In this document: positions 49,178 to 58,775 of the stretch, piece by piece | Numbering within the stretch: the first letter of the stretch is position 1 | Layout of the letters: each line of letters opens with the position of its first letter | DNA from: Desulfatiglandales bacterium | GTDB taxonomy: Bacteria; Desulfobacterota; DSM-4660; Desulfatiglandales; Desulfatiglandaceae | Direction: 5' to 3' | Assembly: GCA_963662465.1 (NCBI GenBank) | Contig: OY759599.1 | Location: 4,064,001 to 4,128,000 of the forward strand | DNA: 64,000 nt | Program-made: the position numbers and the translations under genes | Notes under the pieces: model-generated | What the model was told of the DNA's origin: nothing | The model's input: the letters and a program-made list of their open reading frames with translations, nothing else | Database searches by the model: none

Positions 49178-50579
49178 TTTGCGCCTCTTCCTTTTTATGT
49201 TTTCTGAACCAGTCCCTGAATCGTTTTTGGGGAACTTTCGGCAACTCTCTTTCTTTATACCATTCTTTCATTGGTCCGATTTTAGGAAGAAGGTTATTAA
49301 AACGGGTCAGTTTCGTTCCCAGATCGTAAAGGCCGCTACTACCGATAACCTGCGAATAAAGTCCCATGATGAAGGTCTCAGCTTTTCCCGTGAGTTGTTT
49401 TTCTTCGGCAACAACACGGCGGTGTTTAAGGATAAATTGATAAAGAGGAATTTTTACCGGACAGACATCGTTACAGGCGCCGCATAAGGAACAGATCTTT
49501 ATCATATCTTTATACGCCTCATAGCCGGCAAGAACGGGAACCAGCGCAAGGCCAAGGGGGCCTGGATACAAAGCGCCGTAGCCATGACCACTGATATGGC
49601 GGTAAGCAGGGCACTCAAGCATACAGGTTCCGCAGCGAATGCATCGCAAAACATCCCTGAAATCGCTTTCCAGCACATGAGAGCGTCCGTTGTCAACGAT
49701 GATAATATGCAGTTCTTCCGGACCGTCCTTGTCATTTTCTCCCTTGGGCCCGGTCATAAAACTTAAATACGATGTCAGTTTGGCGCCCACCGCACTGCGG
49801 ACCAGCATACTGAAAAGAATATCGAGTTCGACAAAGGTGGGTACAATACGCTCCATCCCCATAAACACAATCTGGGTCTTTGGCGTTGTGGCGACAAAGC
49901 GGCCATTGCCTTCGTTGGTTGCCAAGGTGACGGTTCCGGTTTCAGCAACCGCGAAATTACAGCCGGTAATACCCACATCCGCGGTCAGAAATTCCGTCCG
50001 AATTTGCTTGCGGACAAAACAAGTAATGTTTTCCGGTACATTATCTCCAGTATAGCCCTTTTTTTCGGCAAAGACCTCTCGAATCCTGTCACGGTTTTTA
50101 TGAAGGGCCGGAACAACGATATGGGAAGGCTTGTCATGGTCATCTGTCTGGAGGATGTATTCGCCAAGATCCGTCTCAACAACCTCAATGCCGGCCTTTT
50201 CAAGTGCTTCATTCAAGCCAATCTCTTCGGTGACCATTGATTTTGATTTTACCGCCTTGCCGGCTTTGATCCTGTTCAGGATTTGAAGGGCATGATCAGT
50301 GGCTTCCCGGGCAGTTTGGGCAAAAAAAACCTGGGCGCCATTTTGGGTGGCCTTGTCAGCAAACCGGTTCAAATAATAATCCAGGTTCTCCAAAACATGA
50401 CTTCGGATAGCCGCCGCATTTTCCCGCCACTGTTCGTAATTTCCCAGTTCTTCAAAGGCGTCCGAACGTTTCCGGTTAAGCAGATCCTGAGCTCTGGCAA
50501 TGGCGGTGCGCATGAACTTGTCGGCAAGTTCTTTTTCCAGGCGTTTATTTAAAGGGAGATCACTTGTTTTGATGCTCAT
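49170..50579 (-). CDS. lutB: Lactate utilization Fe-S protein LutB
   Basis: KSKSMVTEE, ETDLGEYI, CIRCG.C...CP, CSLCGAC..VCP. Confidence 0.95.
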   Translation of the reverse strand: MSIKTSDLPLNKRLEKELADKFMRTAIARAQDLLNRKRSDAFEELGNYEQWRENAAAIRSHVLENLDYYLNRFADKATQNGAQVFFAQTAREATDHALQILNRIKAGKAVKSKSMVTEEIGLNEALEKAGIEVVETDLGEYILQTDDHDKPSHIVVPALHKNRDRIREVFAEKKGYTGDNVPENITCFVRKQIRTEFLTADVGITGCNFAVAETGTVTLATNEGNGRFVATTPKTQIVFMGMERIVPTFVELDILFSMLVRSAVGAKLTSYLSFMTGPKGENDKDGPEELHIIIVDNGRSHVLESDFRDVLRCIRCGTCMLECPAYRHISGHGYGALYPGPLGLALVPVLAGYEAYKDMIKICSLCGACNDVCPVKIPLYQFILKHRRVVAEEKQLTGKAETFIMGLYSQVIGSSGLYDLGTKLTRFNNLLPKIGPMKEWYKERELPKVPQKRFRDWFRKHKKEEAQND

Positions 50580-50603
50580 GTTTTAAATCCTAAATTGGCT
50601 GGG

Positions 50604-51335
50604 TTAGTCTTTTGCCGTCAGCGCTTCGACAATGTGCAGAACTTCAATTTTGTGTCCTTGACGCCGGATACGACCCTCAATGTTCATCAGGCAGCCGGCA
50701 TCAGCGCCGATTAGATAGTCGACACCTGCTTTAACGATATTGTCTACCTTTTCAGCAACCATGGCGCCGCTTAGAGGGCCAAGCTTGACGGCAAAAGCGC
50801 CGCCGAAACCACAACATTTATCCTGTCCCGGAAAAGATACCATCTCAAGATCCCGGATGTTTGCAAGAAGAGTAAGCGGGGGCTCTTTGACGCCAAGGAG
50901 ACGGGTCATATGACAGGATGGATGATAGACCGCTTTGCCTTTCAGTCTTGCGCCAACATCAGTAACGCCTAAGATGTTAACTATAAAATCCGTTATTTCC
51001 CAGATTTTACCAGCCAGAATTTTGGACATGGATTCCCATTTGGAATCACCCTTGAAAAATTCAGGATACTCTTTGACCTGCCAAACGCAAGAACCACTTG
51101 GGGCTACAATATATTCACAATCATCTTCCAGCAGTGCAGCCATGAGGGTGCGCATACCCTTTTTTGCCTTTTCGTAAAAACCTGAATTGACCAGAGGCTG
51201 GGCGCAACAGGTTTGCTTTGGATTAAAACTGACTTCGCAACCCAGTTTTTCAAGGAGTAGGACGGAATGAATTGCGATATTGGGGAAAAGGGTGTCACCC
51301 AGACAGGTGGCAAAAAAAGATACTCGTTTGGTCAT
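50604..51335 (-). CDS. lutA: Lactate utilization protein LutA (CCG domains)
   Basis: FATCL.D, QTCC.QP, YHPSCH, CCGFGG, GCLMNI. Confidence 0.92.
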   Translation of the reverse strand: MTKRVSFFATCLGDTLFPNIAIHSVLLLEKLGCEVSFNPKQTCCAQPLVNSGFYEKAKKGMRTLMAALLEDDCEYIVAPSGSCVWQVKEYPEFFKGDSKWESMSKILAGKIWEITDFIVNILGVTDVGARLKGKAVYHPSCHMTRLLGVKEPPLTLLANIRDLEMVSFPGQDKCCGFGGAFAVKLGPLSGAMVAEKVDNIVKAGVDYLIGADAGCLMNIEGRIRRQGHKIEVLHIVEALTAKD

Positions 51336-51439
51336 ATCCAAGTCCTCATTAATGTGAGATATCGCCGTAGTTTGATTTTTCAAATGTGCAACTGACGCGC
51401 CGGTTCTCCAGCCCACACGCCGATGTAGTTGTCCTCACA

Positions 51440-51622
51440 AGATAATAACATAAGACGGCGGGCAACGCCATGATCAAGGTGTTGACCCCAGGGCAAATTT
51501 GTTCTATTTGTAAACCTTTGATATCAAAACCTTATGAAGGACACATCAATTCAAACAAATCAATGGATTAGCGTTAGAACAAATTCACCGTGGTGTTGAC
51601 CCCGAGGGCTGTGATGCCGCCG
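51440..51622 (-). pseudogene. cbiM: cbiM fragment interrupted by a MITE
   Basis: Flanks match about 34503-34572. Confidence 0.7.
51489..51592. mobile_element. 104-bp ISAs1-type MITE
   Basis: Ends CAGGGCAAATTTGTTCTA / TAGAACAAATTCACCGTG; 10-bp TSD GTGTTGACCC. Confidence 0.85.
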
Positions 51623-51701
51623 ATTGATAATTTTGTCGTTGACAAGGAATTATTTTTGTGACCATCTGAAAACCCTTTTGGAATCCGAAAACGGTGACGT
51701 T

Positions 51702-52586
51702 ATGCACGATATCAACTACTTTCACGAGCACGAACTCAAAGAACACGATTTCCTGGGCTGCTGTAAAGACTGCCAAAACAGCCTGAACATCATTAAACCT
51801 CATATTCTGGCATTTGCAGATAAAATTCGGAAATACACGCCGCAGATGCTACAAGACCTGCCACCGGACGAGCTGTATCGACTCTATCAGCTTTTAGACG
51901 ATCTGGCTCACATGAACGCGGGCGCACATCTGGCCGGTCTTATCCTTGAAGAGGAAGCGATCAAGTCCGTACTGCCGGTCATTCGCGCCTATTACACCAT
52001 GTTTTTTTCCATTCATGAAACTCAGTTGGCTGAAGCATTGCTTCATGCGGACGATGCTTGGAAGACCCTTTCCGGGTTTCCCCTTTATCCGCGTTATGAA
52101 GCATTGATCAAAGGGCAGATGGAATCCATGCCCGATTTGATCACCACAAGAATCGCTTTCATCGGGTGTGGTCCTGTGCCCATGAGCCTGATTCTCATGG
52201 CAAAGCTGTATGGGACATTGTCTCTCGGGTTGGATGCCTCCAAAGACTGTGTTCGGATGGCAAAGGCAGTCATCCGGACACTGGGATTGGGGAATCAGGT
52301 CGAAATCATGGTGGGAGATGATACGTCCCTTGAAGATCACACCTGGGATGCGGTGCTGATAGCGGCCCTGGCGGAACCCAAAGCTCGGATATTTGAAAAC
52401 CTGCGGCGCATCCTGTCGGGACAAAACCGCAGGGTCCCCGTTATTTACCGAACCTATACGGGAATGCGAGCCGTACTGTATGAACCGGTCGGTTCCTCGG
52501 ATACACAAGGGTTCCGGATCGTTAAAGAGGTCTTTCCCACGGGCCGGGTCAACAACACCACGATTTTTGCCGAACTGGAGGATTGA
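51702..52586 (+). CDS. Nicotianamine-synthase-family protein 1
   Basis: FPLY.RY, AFIGCGPVPMS, AALAEPK, YR...GMR..LY; His/Cys-rich N-terminus. Confidence 0.8.
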   Translation: MHDINYFHEHELKEHDFLGCCKDCQNSLNIIKPHILAFADKIRKYTPQMLQDLPPDELYRLYQLLDDLAHMNAGAHLAGLILEEEAIKSVLPVIRAYYTMFFSIHETQLAEALLHADDAWKTLSGFPLYPRYEALIKGQMESMPDLITTRIAFIGCGPVPMSLILMAKLYGTLSLGLDASKDCVRMAKAVIRTLGLGNQVEIMVGDDTSLEDHTWDAVLIAALAEPKARIFENLRRILSGQNRRVPVIYRTYTGMRAVLYEPVGSSDTQGFRIVKEVFPTGRVNNTTIFAELED

Positions 52587-53398
52587 TGGAGGTTACGTAT
52601 GAATCCATCCGGTGCGAATTGATCCGGATCGACGGGTTGTTGCGCACTCTAACAACGGATGACATCGCGCAGGCGCCCGAGCGTGTGTATCGCTCGCACC
52701 TGGCGGGTCTGAATCGTCTGGCGGCAACTCCCGTGCCGGATGAAATCGTAAAAAAACTGGCATCGGACGAAAACCTCATCCCCATGGTCGGACGCATCGC
52801 TCGGGTGAGACGGTTGATCGGATTAAAGCTGGAAATGCAATTGGCGGAATCCATCATTCTTCATCGGGACCCGTGGTCGCTGATCAAAAAATTCACCTAT
52901 TACGCCAACTATGTATCTCTGGCTCGCATGGAATTCGAGGGGGCAGGTCTGAAACCGGGGGCACGCGTCGTCTTTTTGGGCAGCGGGCCTCTTCCCCTCA
53001 GTCTGATCTGTCTTTCAGAGGCATATGGCATAAAAGGGGTGGGGATCGAACAGGACCAGAAAATTGCGGGGCTTTCAAAAAAGATGATTCAAACACTGGA
53101 TCTGGATCCTTTTATCACCATCCTCCATGGCGATCACTTCTCCCTGCCGATTGAGGAAACATGCGCATTGGTCATGGTGGGCGCCGATGCCGTACCGAAA
53201 AAATCTATTTTTGAACACCTTGCTTCCATATTTCCACCGGGGCAGATGATCTCCTACCGAATTTACGAAAAGGGTTTGCGGCGCCTTCTGGATGACCAGT
53301 CCATATTTGAATTGCCAAAGGAATTTAAAGAATGCGCCAGGGTTCACCCGGAACCGCCGGTGAACAATACCTGCGTGTTTGCCGTAAGGGTTGATTGA
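52586..53398 (+). CDS. Nicotianamine-synthase-family protein 2
   Basis: FTYYANY..L...E, FLGSGPLPLS, GLR.LL, P.PPVNNT. Confidence 0.85.
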   Translation: MEVTYESIRCELIRIDGLLRTLTTDDIAQAPERVYRSHLAGLNRLAATPVPDEIVKKLASDENLIPMVGRIARVRRLIGLKLEMQLAESIILHRDPWSLIKKFTYYANYVSLARMEFEGAGLKPGARVVFLGSGPLPLSLICLSEAYGIKGVGIEQDQKIAGLSKKMIQTLDLDPFITILHGDHFSLPIEETCALVMVGADAVPKKSIFEHLASIFPPGQMISYRIYEKGLRRLLDDQSIFELPKEFKECARVHPEPPVNNTCVFAVRVD

Positions 53399-53931
53399 GC
53401 CCTTTTAAAATTTGTCGACAACCCAACCCAATAAAAAAGGATGGGATCGGAAACAACCATCCCGTTATCTGGTGTTGGTACGCCCTGTTTGTAGAACCGC
53501 CATGCTATAAACTTTAACGGAATCGAAGCTACGCGTTTCCAGCCTTGCACCCATGGGCGGTGAAAACGGTTTGGCATATATTCTACGATGGAATATTGTA
53601 GCCTGCAATATTACCCTCAGGTCTGTGCCCGATAGCTCTGATCTAAGACAAAGGTTGATCATTCACGTGGTTTTCGGTCTGTCTGGTGGCATTGGGACAC
53701 CTGGCCAGCTTTCTGCTGGGTTACCGCTTAACCCATTTAGCGATAGGGGGGAAGCGAAAAATCTGATTACGGGCAATTTTTGGTCCAGAAAATATTGCTT
53801 AACTAATTAGTAAATTCACCCGCTAAAACAACTGAAATTTACGATAGGGCCGTAGGTGTTGAAAAGCGCAGGATGGTTTTAAATGCTTGGCGATAAATCA
53901 TATTTTTTTAAAAAATATATGCTATACACAC

Positions 53932-53974
53932 TTGCTATATACAACTTTGCGCTATATACTTTATGGATATAGCG
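53932..53974 (+). promoter_or_regulatory. vapBC promoter with operator palindrome
   Basis: TTGCTA-17-TATACT overlapped by CGCTATAT-N9-ATATAGCG. Confidence 0.65.
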
Positions 53975-53998
53975 GATTAAATATAAGGAGATTGAGTT

Positions 53999-54232
53999 AT
54001 GGATGTAGGAACCGTCTTTGTAAACAATAGAACCCAAGCGGTGAGATTACCTGTTGACAGCAGGTTTCCTGAAAATGTGAAAAAAGTGGTTGTACGTATC
54101 ATCGGTAAGGATCGGGTGCTTTCACCAGTGGATAATACATGGGACAGCTTTTTTCTTTCGGATGATGGCGTTACCGATGATTTCATGCAGGAACGTGCTT
54201 CACAAGAACAACCTGAAAGGGAATCCTTTTAA
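53999..54232 (+). CDS. vapB: VapB antitoxin (AbrB type)
   Basis: VF.NNRTQAVRLP...TWDSFF...DFM.ER..Q...ERESF. Confidence 0.92.
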   Translation: MDVGTVFVNNRTQAVRLPVDSRFPENVKKVVVRIIGKDRVLSPVDNTWDSFFLSDDGVTDDFMQERASQEQPERESF

Positions 54233-54639
54233 TGCTGAAATACATGCTGGATACCAACATCGTTATTTATGTGATTAAACGCCGCCCAATCGAAATATTG
54301 GACATTTTCAATGCCCATGCAGGGCAGATGTGTATAAGCTCAATCACATTGGCCGAACTCTTACATGGTGTCGAAAAAAGCTCTATGATTTCCCATAACC
54401 TACGCAAAGTCGAAGACTTTGTCTCCCGTTTGGAGGTCTTGCCCTATGACAATAATGCCGCTGCCCACTATGGGAATATCAGAGCTGATTTAGAAAAGAA
54501 AGGCACGCCTATAGGGGTCAATGATTTGCACATTGCCGGTCATGCCCGAAGTGAATCTTTGATCCTGGTCACAAATAACATGCGGGAGTTTGTGAGAGTC
54601 GAAGGCTTGCGATTAGAAAACTGGATTGAATCAAAATGA
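54232..54639 (+). CDS. vapC: VapC PIN toxin
   Basis: MLKYMLDTNI, GTPIGVND..IAGHARS, VTNN.REF.RV.GLRLENW. Confidence 0.95.
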   Translation: MLKYMLDTNIVIYVIKRRPIEILDIFNAHAGQMCISSITLAELLHGVEKSSMISHNLRKVEDFVSRLEVLPYDNNAAAHYGNIRADLEKKGTPIGVNDLHIAGHARSESLILVTNNMREFVRVEGLRLENWIESK

Positions 54640-54796
54640 TGAAATACAATTATTAACACCGAGCATAGCACAGAAATATGCAACTGTTAAGAAACCCACT
54701 ATTTTACGTGATCTTAAAGAACTTCAAGAGCTAAAAACTGGCAGAAAATATACAGCTAATACCAGAAGCCTGAGGGCTTTAATGCCAAGTAGGAAA

Positions 54797-54854
54797 ATAT
54801 AACCAAAAAATCCACCGGACGTAAAAAGCCGCGCCGCTGATTTCCGCGTTATGG
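54797..54854 (+). other. Solo attC site related to attC3/4
   Basis: ATATAAC...GACGTAAAAAGCCGCGCCGCTGATT...GCGTTATGG. Confidence 0.7.
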
Positions 54855-54891
54855 CTTTTAAATATTTTCTGAACGGGACGCCGAAAAGATT

Positions 54892-55310
54892 ATGAAAACC
54901 GTATTTGTCGATACCTCTGCGCTGATTGCCATCGGAAACAGGCGTGATTTCTTCCATCCGCAGGCTATCAGTGTCAGAAATTACCTGAAAGAGACAAAAA
55001 GCTGTTTTGTGATAACGAATGCGGTTCTGCTTGAATTCGGAAACGCTTTCAGCTCGCTGTCCCTAAAGCCCGCTGCCGTAAAACTGATTGAGGCTGTCAG
55101 ACAGTCGGCAAAATGGAGCGGCTACAATGAGATCCAGGATCCCCGAACGAAGAATATTTTGATTGATTATGAGAAACTCCGGGAATTGTTTGGGGTTGGA
55201 TCATACGATGAGCCGAGAAGCAGCCACAGAGGATGGGTCGAGGAATCCCTTGGGAGTGACACCGAAGTCCGTCGAGATGAATGAACGGGCAGTATCGCCA
55301 TTGGTAGCCG
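54892..55310 (+). pseudogene. Chimeric remnant: PIN N-terminus joined to a Y1/RAYT-like transposase C-terminus
   Basis: VFVDTSALIA...H..A, then WSGYNEIQDP...LID...HRGWVE...RDE*TGSIAIGS. Confidence 0.55.
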
Positions 55311-55366
55311 ATCACTGAATTCCGGGTCCGCGTCTCTTCATCGGAGGGGGCTTTTGCGCCTTTCGG

Positions 55367-55579
55367 CTATCGTACCGCCTCCAGCTCCGCCAGCAGCTTG
55401 TTCAGGTCCAGGTCGTATTTCTCCGCCACATCCCGCAGGGATTCGAATAGGGCCTGGCAGCAGACACACTCGCCGGCCCGAGCATCGTAACTTTTGAAAA
55501 CCGCCTCGGTTTGCCTGTAGCGGGAAATAACGTCCAAAACCGTCATCTCAGAGTGAATGGGGTCGTTTTTATCAGACAT
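55367..55579 (-). CDS. Small DUF1858-like Cys-containing protein
   Basis: MTVLDVI..Y..TE.VF, CVCC.ALFESL. Confidence 0.7.
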   Translation of the reverse strand: MSDKNDPIHSEMTVLDVISRYRQTEAVFKSYDARAGECVCCQALFESLRDVAEKYDLDLNKLLAELEAVR

Positions 55580-56459
55580 GACGGCGCCTCGATATGGTTG
55601 TCTTTTGATCCAAAACCTGAACCAGCGCTGACGGGATTTGCTCGATGATATCAATGATCTGTGTAGCGGGTGTGGGCGCCGCATAATATCCCGCCAACCG
55701 GTTGACCCGGGCTGCCATGCCGGCAGCCTCATTGATTTCAATACCCGCCCCGATTAAAGCCGCAACAATACCGGTCAGCGTATCTCCGGTTCCGCCGATG
55801 GCCTCCATGGCTTTCGCTATTGGCTGGTCAATGGTCATTTGGATGCCCTTCAAATCGGCGACATAATCCGGTTGTCCTTTTACCAAAAGCGATTGGGCGG
55901 CGTTTTCGTGTGCATACGCACGCGCAATGAGCGCCGGCGCCTGGTTGTCTTCGTGCAGGATGAACCCACGTGTGTAAAAGGGGTGCGGCGCATCCTCATC
56001 GGCCAGAAATGCCAGTTCCCCCACATCCGGGGTGAAAAGGTCATAATCCATGGCCTGACCGCTCATTTTGGCGGCGTACATGAAGCCGGCATCGGCAATC
56101 AGTATGGGCCGATGCGTCATCTCCTGAGCGGCAAACAGAACACGGTTGTGCCAGTCTACATCCGGTTGAAGGTAGTGAAACACCATGGCTTTGAAACGGC
56201 ATTGGGCAAGGTTTTCGCATAAATGCGCATAAAGACGCCGACTGCCGTCCCCCAACCCGATGTCGCCCACAAGATACGCAACAGGAGGCTGTTGTCCCAT
56301 GATCTCGTTAACCTTGACGGCTGCGGCAATCAGGGCTGGGGTTCCGCGGTTGATGGGGGCTTGCCTTCCCTGGATGGATATCGTGTCGCCTTTCAAAGCG
56401 ACCGCGCCCGTTATCAACGGAAAATTCTGATCGGGAACCGTTCCGACGATCGCTAACAT
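55572..56459 (-). CDS. Ribokinase-fold YjeF-related protein
   Basis: IADAG, FTPD.GE, LLVKG, IGGTGDTLTG. Confidence 0.8.
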   Translation of the reverse strand: MLAIVGTVPDQNFPLITGAVALKGDTISIQGRQAPINRGTPALIAAAVKVNEIMGQQPPVAYLVGDIGLGDGSRRLYAHLCENLAQCRFKAMVFHYLQPDVDWHNRVLFAAQEMTHRPILIADAGFMYAAKMSGQAMDYDLFTPDVGELAFLADEDAPHPFYTRGFILHEDNQAPALIARAYAHENAAQSLLVKGQPDYVADLKGIQMTIDQPIAKAMEAIGGTGDTLTGIVAALIGAGIEINEAAGMAARVNRLAGYYAAPTPATQIIDIIEQIPSALVQVLDQKTTISRRRHV

Positions 56460-57001
56460 TTTCGTCTCATTTCCTCGTAGGCCAATTGAAGGGCATATCC
56501 ACAGAGTGTATGACCGATTTCCCGGGGGATGGGCGCTTCCGCGAGAGGCCTTCCCACCATCTCCTGCGCCAAATAGGGCACATCCGGGCACCCGCCGCCC
56601 GAAACATTGACGATCATATCCGTTTCCCGGTCCACCGTCAATTTCATATTGGCGGCCCGGACCATCAGATACCGGCCGTAATCCCGAATGTGAAAAAGAT
56701 CCACAGGTTTCAATAGCGGACCGTCTATGGGGATGACTTCCAGGGGTATATTTCCGGCGCTTTCAAGAATGCGCATAATGTTCAATTCTTCGATCAAAGG
56801 GATTTCTATTACCAGGTCGCAGCCGCTCCGTATACCCGGAGGCGGTCCGCATACCCGAATATCCCATTGGGACTTTTTGAGCAGGTTTTCGGCGCGAATC
56901 ACCTCGCTGGTGTTTTCAAAAACCAAAATGCCGCGATCCCGGTTCATTTTTTTTGTCCCGGAATCAGGTTTTTTGCGCCTTAACGATTTCCAAAATGCCA
57001 T
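56453..57001 (-). CDS. DUF3343-domain protein
   Basis: F..TSEVI.AE..L, PP.IRSGCDL, GGGCPDVP. Confidence 0.75.
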   Translation of the reverse strand: MAFWKSLRRKKPDSGTKKMNRDRGILVFENTSEVIRAENLLKKSQWDIRVCGPPPGIRSGCDLVIEIPLIEELNIMRILESAGNIPLEVIPIDGPLLKPVDLFHIRDYGRYLMVRAANMKLTVDRETDMIVNVSGGGCPDVPYLAQEMVGRPLAEAPIPREIGHTLCGYALQLAYEEMRRKC

Positions 57002-57060
57002 AATTTTTTGGGTTTCCTTTTTTCCGTTGCGACGCCGTGGTCAGAGGCCGGTTTCAGTCG

Positions 57061-57282
57061 CTATCCATTTTCCAGTACAATCCGATAGCCACTGTCTTCT
57101 TCCCGAATATCCTTTACCCGCCAACCCTGGCTTCCAGCGGCGCGGCTCACATTTTCCTTGGACGTATCCGTATCCACCAGCACCTCGATTTTATTCTCAC
57201 GACCCTTCTTTATTTCATCCAGCGTCATCAGTACGGGCTGCGGACATGACAAACCACGCGCGTCTACAGTAGTGCCACCCAT
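57061..57282 (-). CDS. TusA/YedF-family S/Se carrier
   Basis: VDARGLSCPQPV. Confidence 0.9.
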   Translation of the reverse strand: MGGTTVDARGLSCPQPVLMTLDEIKKGRENKIEVLVDTDTSKENVSRAAGSQGWRVKDIREEDSGYRIVLENG

Positions 57283-57389
57283 ATCATTTCTCCCTCTTTA
57301 CGCCTACCATTTTTATTTTTTCCCTGCCGCTTCATGAAAACAGGGTGTTTGAACGGCAAGAGCCGAATCCTTCAATTCAAAATCCATTA

Positions 57390-58481
57390 TCAAGCACGTT
57401 TCCTCATGGTGAACCCCACAAGTAAACAAAATAAAATACCGATAATAACCGATACAATGCCGTGGGGTCCCACCCCTTTTGGAGAACTGGCAAGACCAAA
57501 ATTATGTGAAAAGGCCGCCCCCACAATCATTCCCCATACAAATACGGCGGCATCGCCGTCGCCTTCCCCGGCGAGAAACAATTGTCTTCCCGGACATCCT
57601 CCCGCAAGGGCAAACGCAAGACCCGCCAGGACCATCCCCCCGAAATTCCATAGCTCCATCGTATGGGCCACGGGTTGGTTGGCAAATCCGGGATGAAACT
57701 GCCCCAGCGCCAAATTGGTCAAAAAGGCAAATACAGCCAGGGCGCAAAGCCCGCCGAACAGATGATTCTGGCGGAAAAGAATAAGGTCTCGAAATGCACC
57801 CATGGTGCAAAAGCGACTTCTCTGGGCCAAAAATCCGACGCCTAATCCGATGATCATCGAGATGATCAGGGGCGCATGCATGGCGCCCGGACCTTTTACG
57901 CTGTAAAACAGAATGCCGTCCTTGGGTTCTCCCTGGATTTGGGGATAGATGAGCATGAGGATGAAAAACCCGATCATGGCCAGGGGCAGCAGCCATCCTG
58001 CCGATGAATAGGTTTTTTCGGTTCGCCCCAGGTTATATCCGCCCTTCAAAAAAAGGACGCCGATCCAGATGCCCACAATCAGACCCGCAATGCCGAAAAG
58101 TGCGTTGCCGTCGCCTCCCGCCAGTCGCAAGAGCGCGCGCCAGGGACAGCCCAGAAAAACCAATGCGCCGATCATGGCAAAGGCCCCCAGAAAAAACCGC
58201 ACAATGGGCGCGGAACCGAGGCGAGGGCGGAACTCCTTGAATGCAAAAGCCGCAATCAGGCTTCCGATGACAAACCCGATAATCTCCGGGCGCATGTATT
58301 GCACTACGGCGGCCCGGTGCATACCGATGGCGCCTGCAATGTCCCGTTCAAAACATGCCACGCAGATCCCCATATTGCCCGGGTTGCCCAGCTTCTGCAA
58401 AATCGCCGCAAGAATACCGATAACGGCGCCGACAATGATAATTCCCCAACGACCGGCAAACACATTTTTCAATTGACCCAT
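57390..58481 (-). CDS. yedE: YedE-family putative selenium/sulfur transporter
   Basis: GNPGNMGICVACF.RD, GCPWR, RSRFC, GGCPGRQ. Confidence 0.9.
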   Translation of the reverse strand: MGQLKNVFAGRWGIIIVGAVIGILAAILQKLGNPGNMGICVACFERDIAGAIGMHRAAVVQYMRPEIIGFVIGSLIAAFAFKEFRPRLGSAPIVRFFLGAFAMIGALVFLGCPWRALLRLAGGDGNALFGIAGLIVGIWIGVLFLKGGYNLGRTEKTYSSAGWLLPLAMIGFFILMLIYPQIQGEPKDGILFYSVKGPGAMHAPLIISMIIGLGVGFLAQRSRFCTMGAFRDLILFRQNHLFGGLCALAVFAFLTNLALGQFHPGFANQPVAHTMELWNFGGMVLAGLAFALAGGCPGRQLFLAGEGDGDAAVFVWGMIVGAAFSHNFGLASSPKGVGPHGIVSVIIGILFCLLVGFTMRKRA

Positions 58482-58775
58482 ATGGAACCCTCCTCAACTG
58501 ACCCTTCAGGATGTTTTTGTTAGAACGCGCTGAAAAGACCACTAAAATCTTGATAAGTCAAACTGGAAATTTCGATCCAAAAGCAGCCGCCTATTGATAT
58601 TTCCGATTCATTTTTTTTGGATATGTGAAATTGTCAAATCATACAATACCGTTGACAAAAACGGGCCCTATGACCTAAAACTCGAAAGGAATCGATTTTG
58701 ATGACTCTTCTGCTGATGCCCCGTAGTCTTCCGGTTCACGGACTCAAGTGAGAGATTGCCTCAGGGAGAAAGGCC

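Noticed and set aside
53400..53822. Possible IS remnant ending TAAATTCACCCG
   Set aside because: Only one IR-like end, with no TSD or transposase frame identified.
55282..55284. TGA in the transposase-like remnant as Sec
   Set aside because: It lies in a chimeric pseudogene with no Cys context or hairpin; likely a decayed Trp codon.
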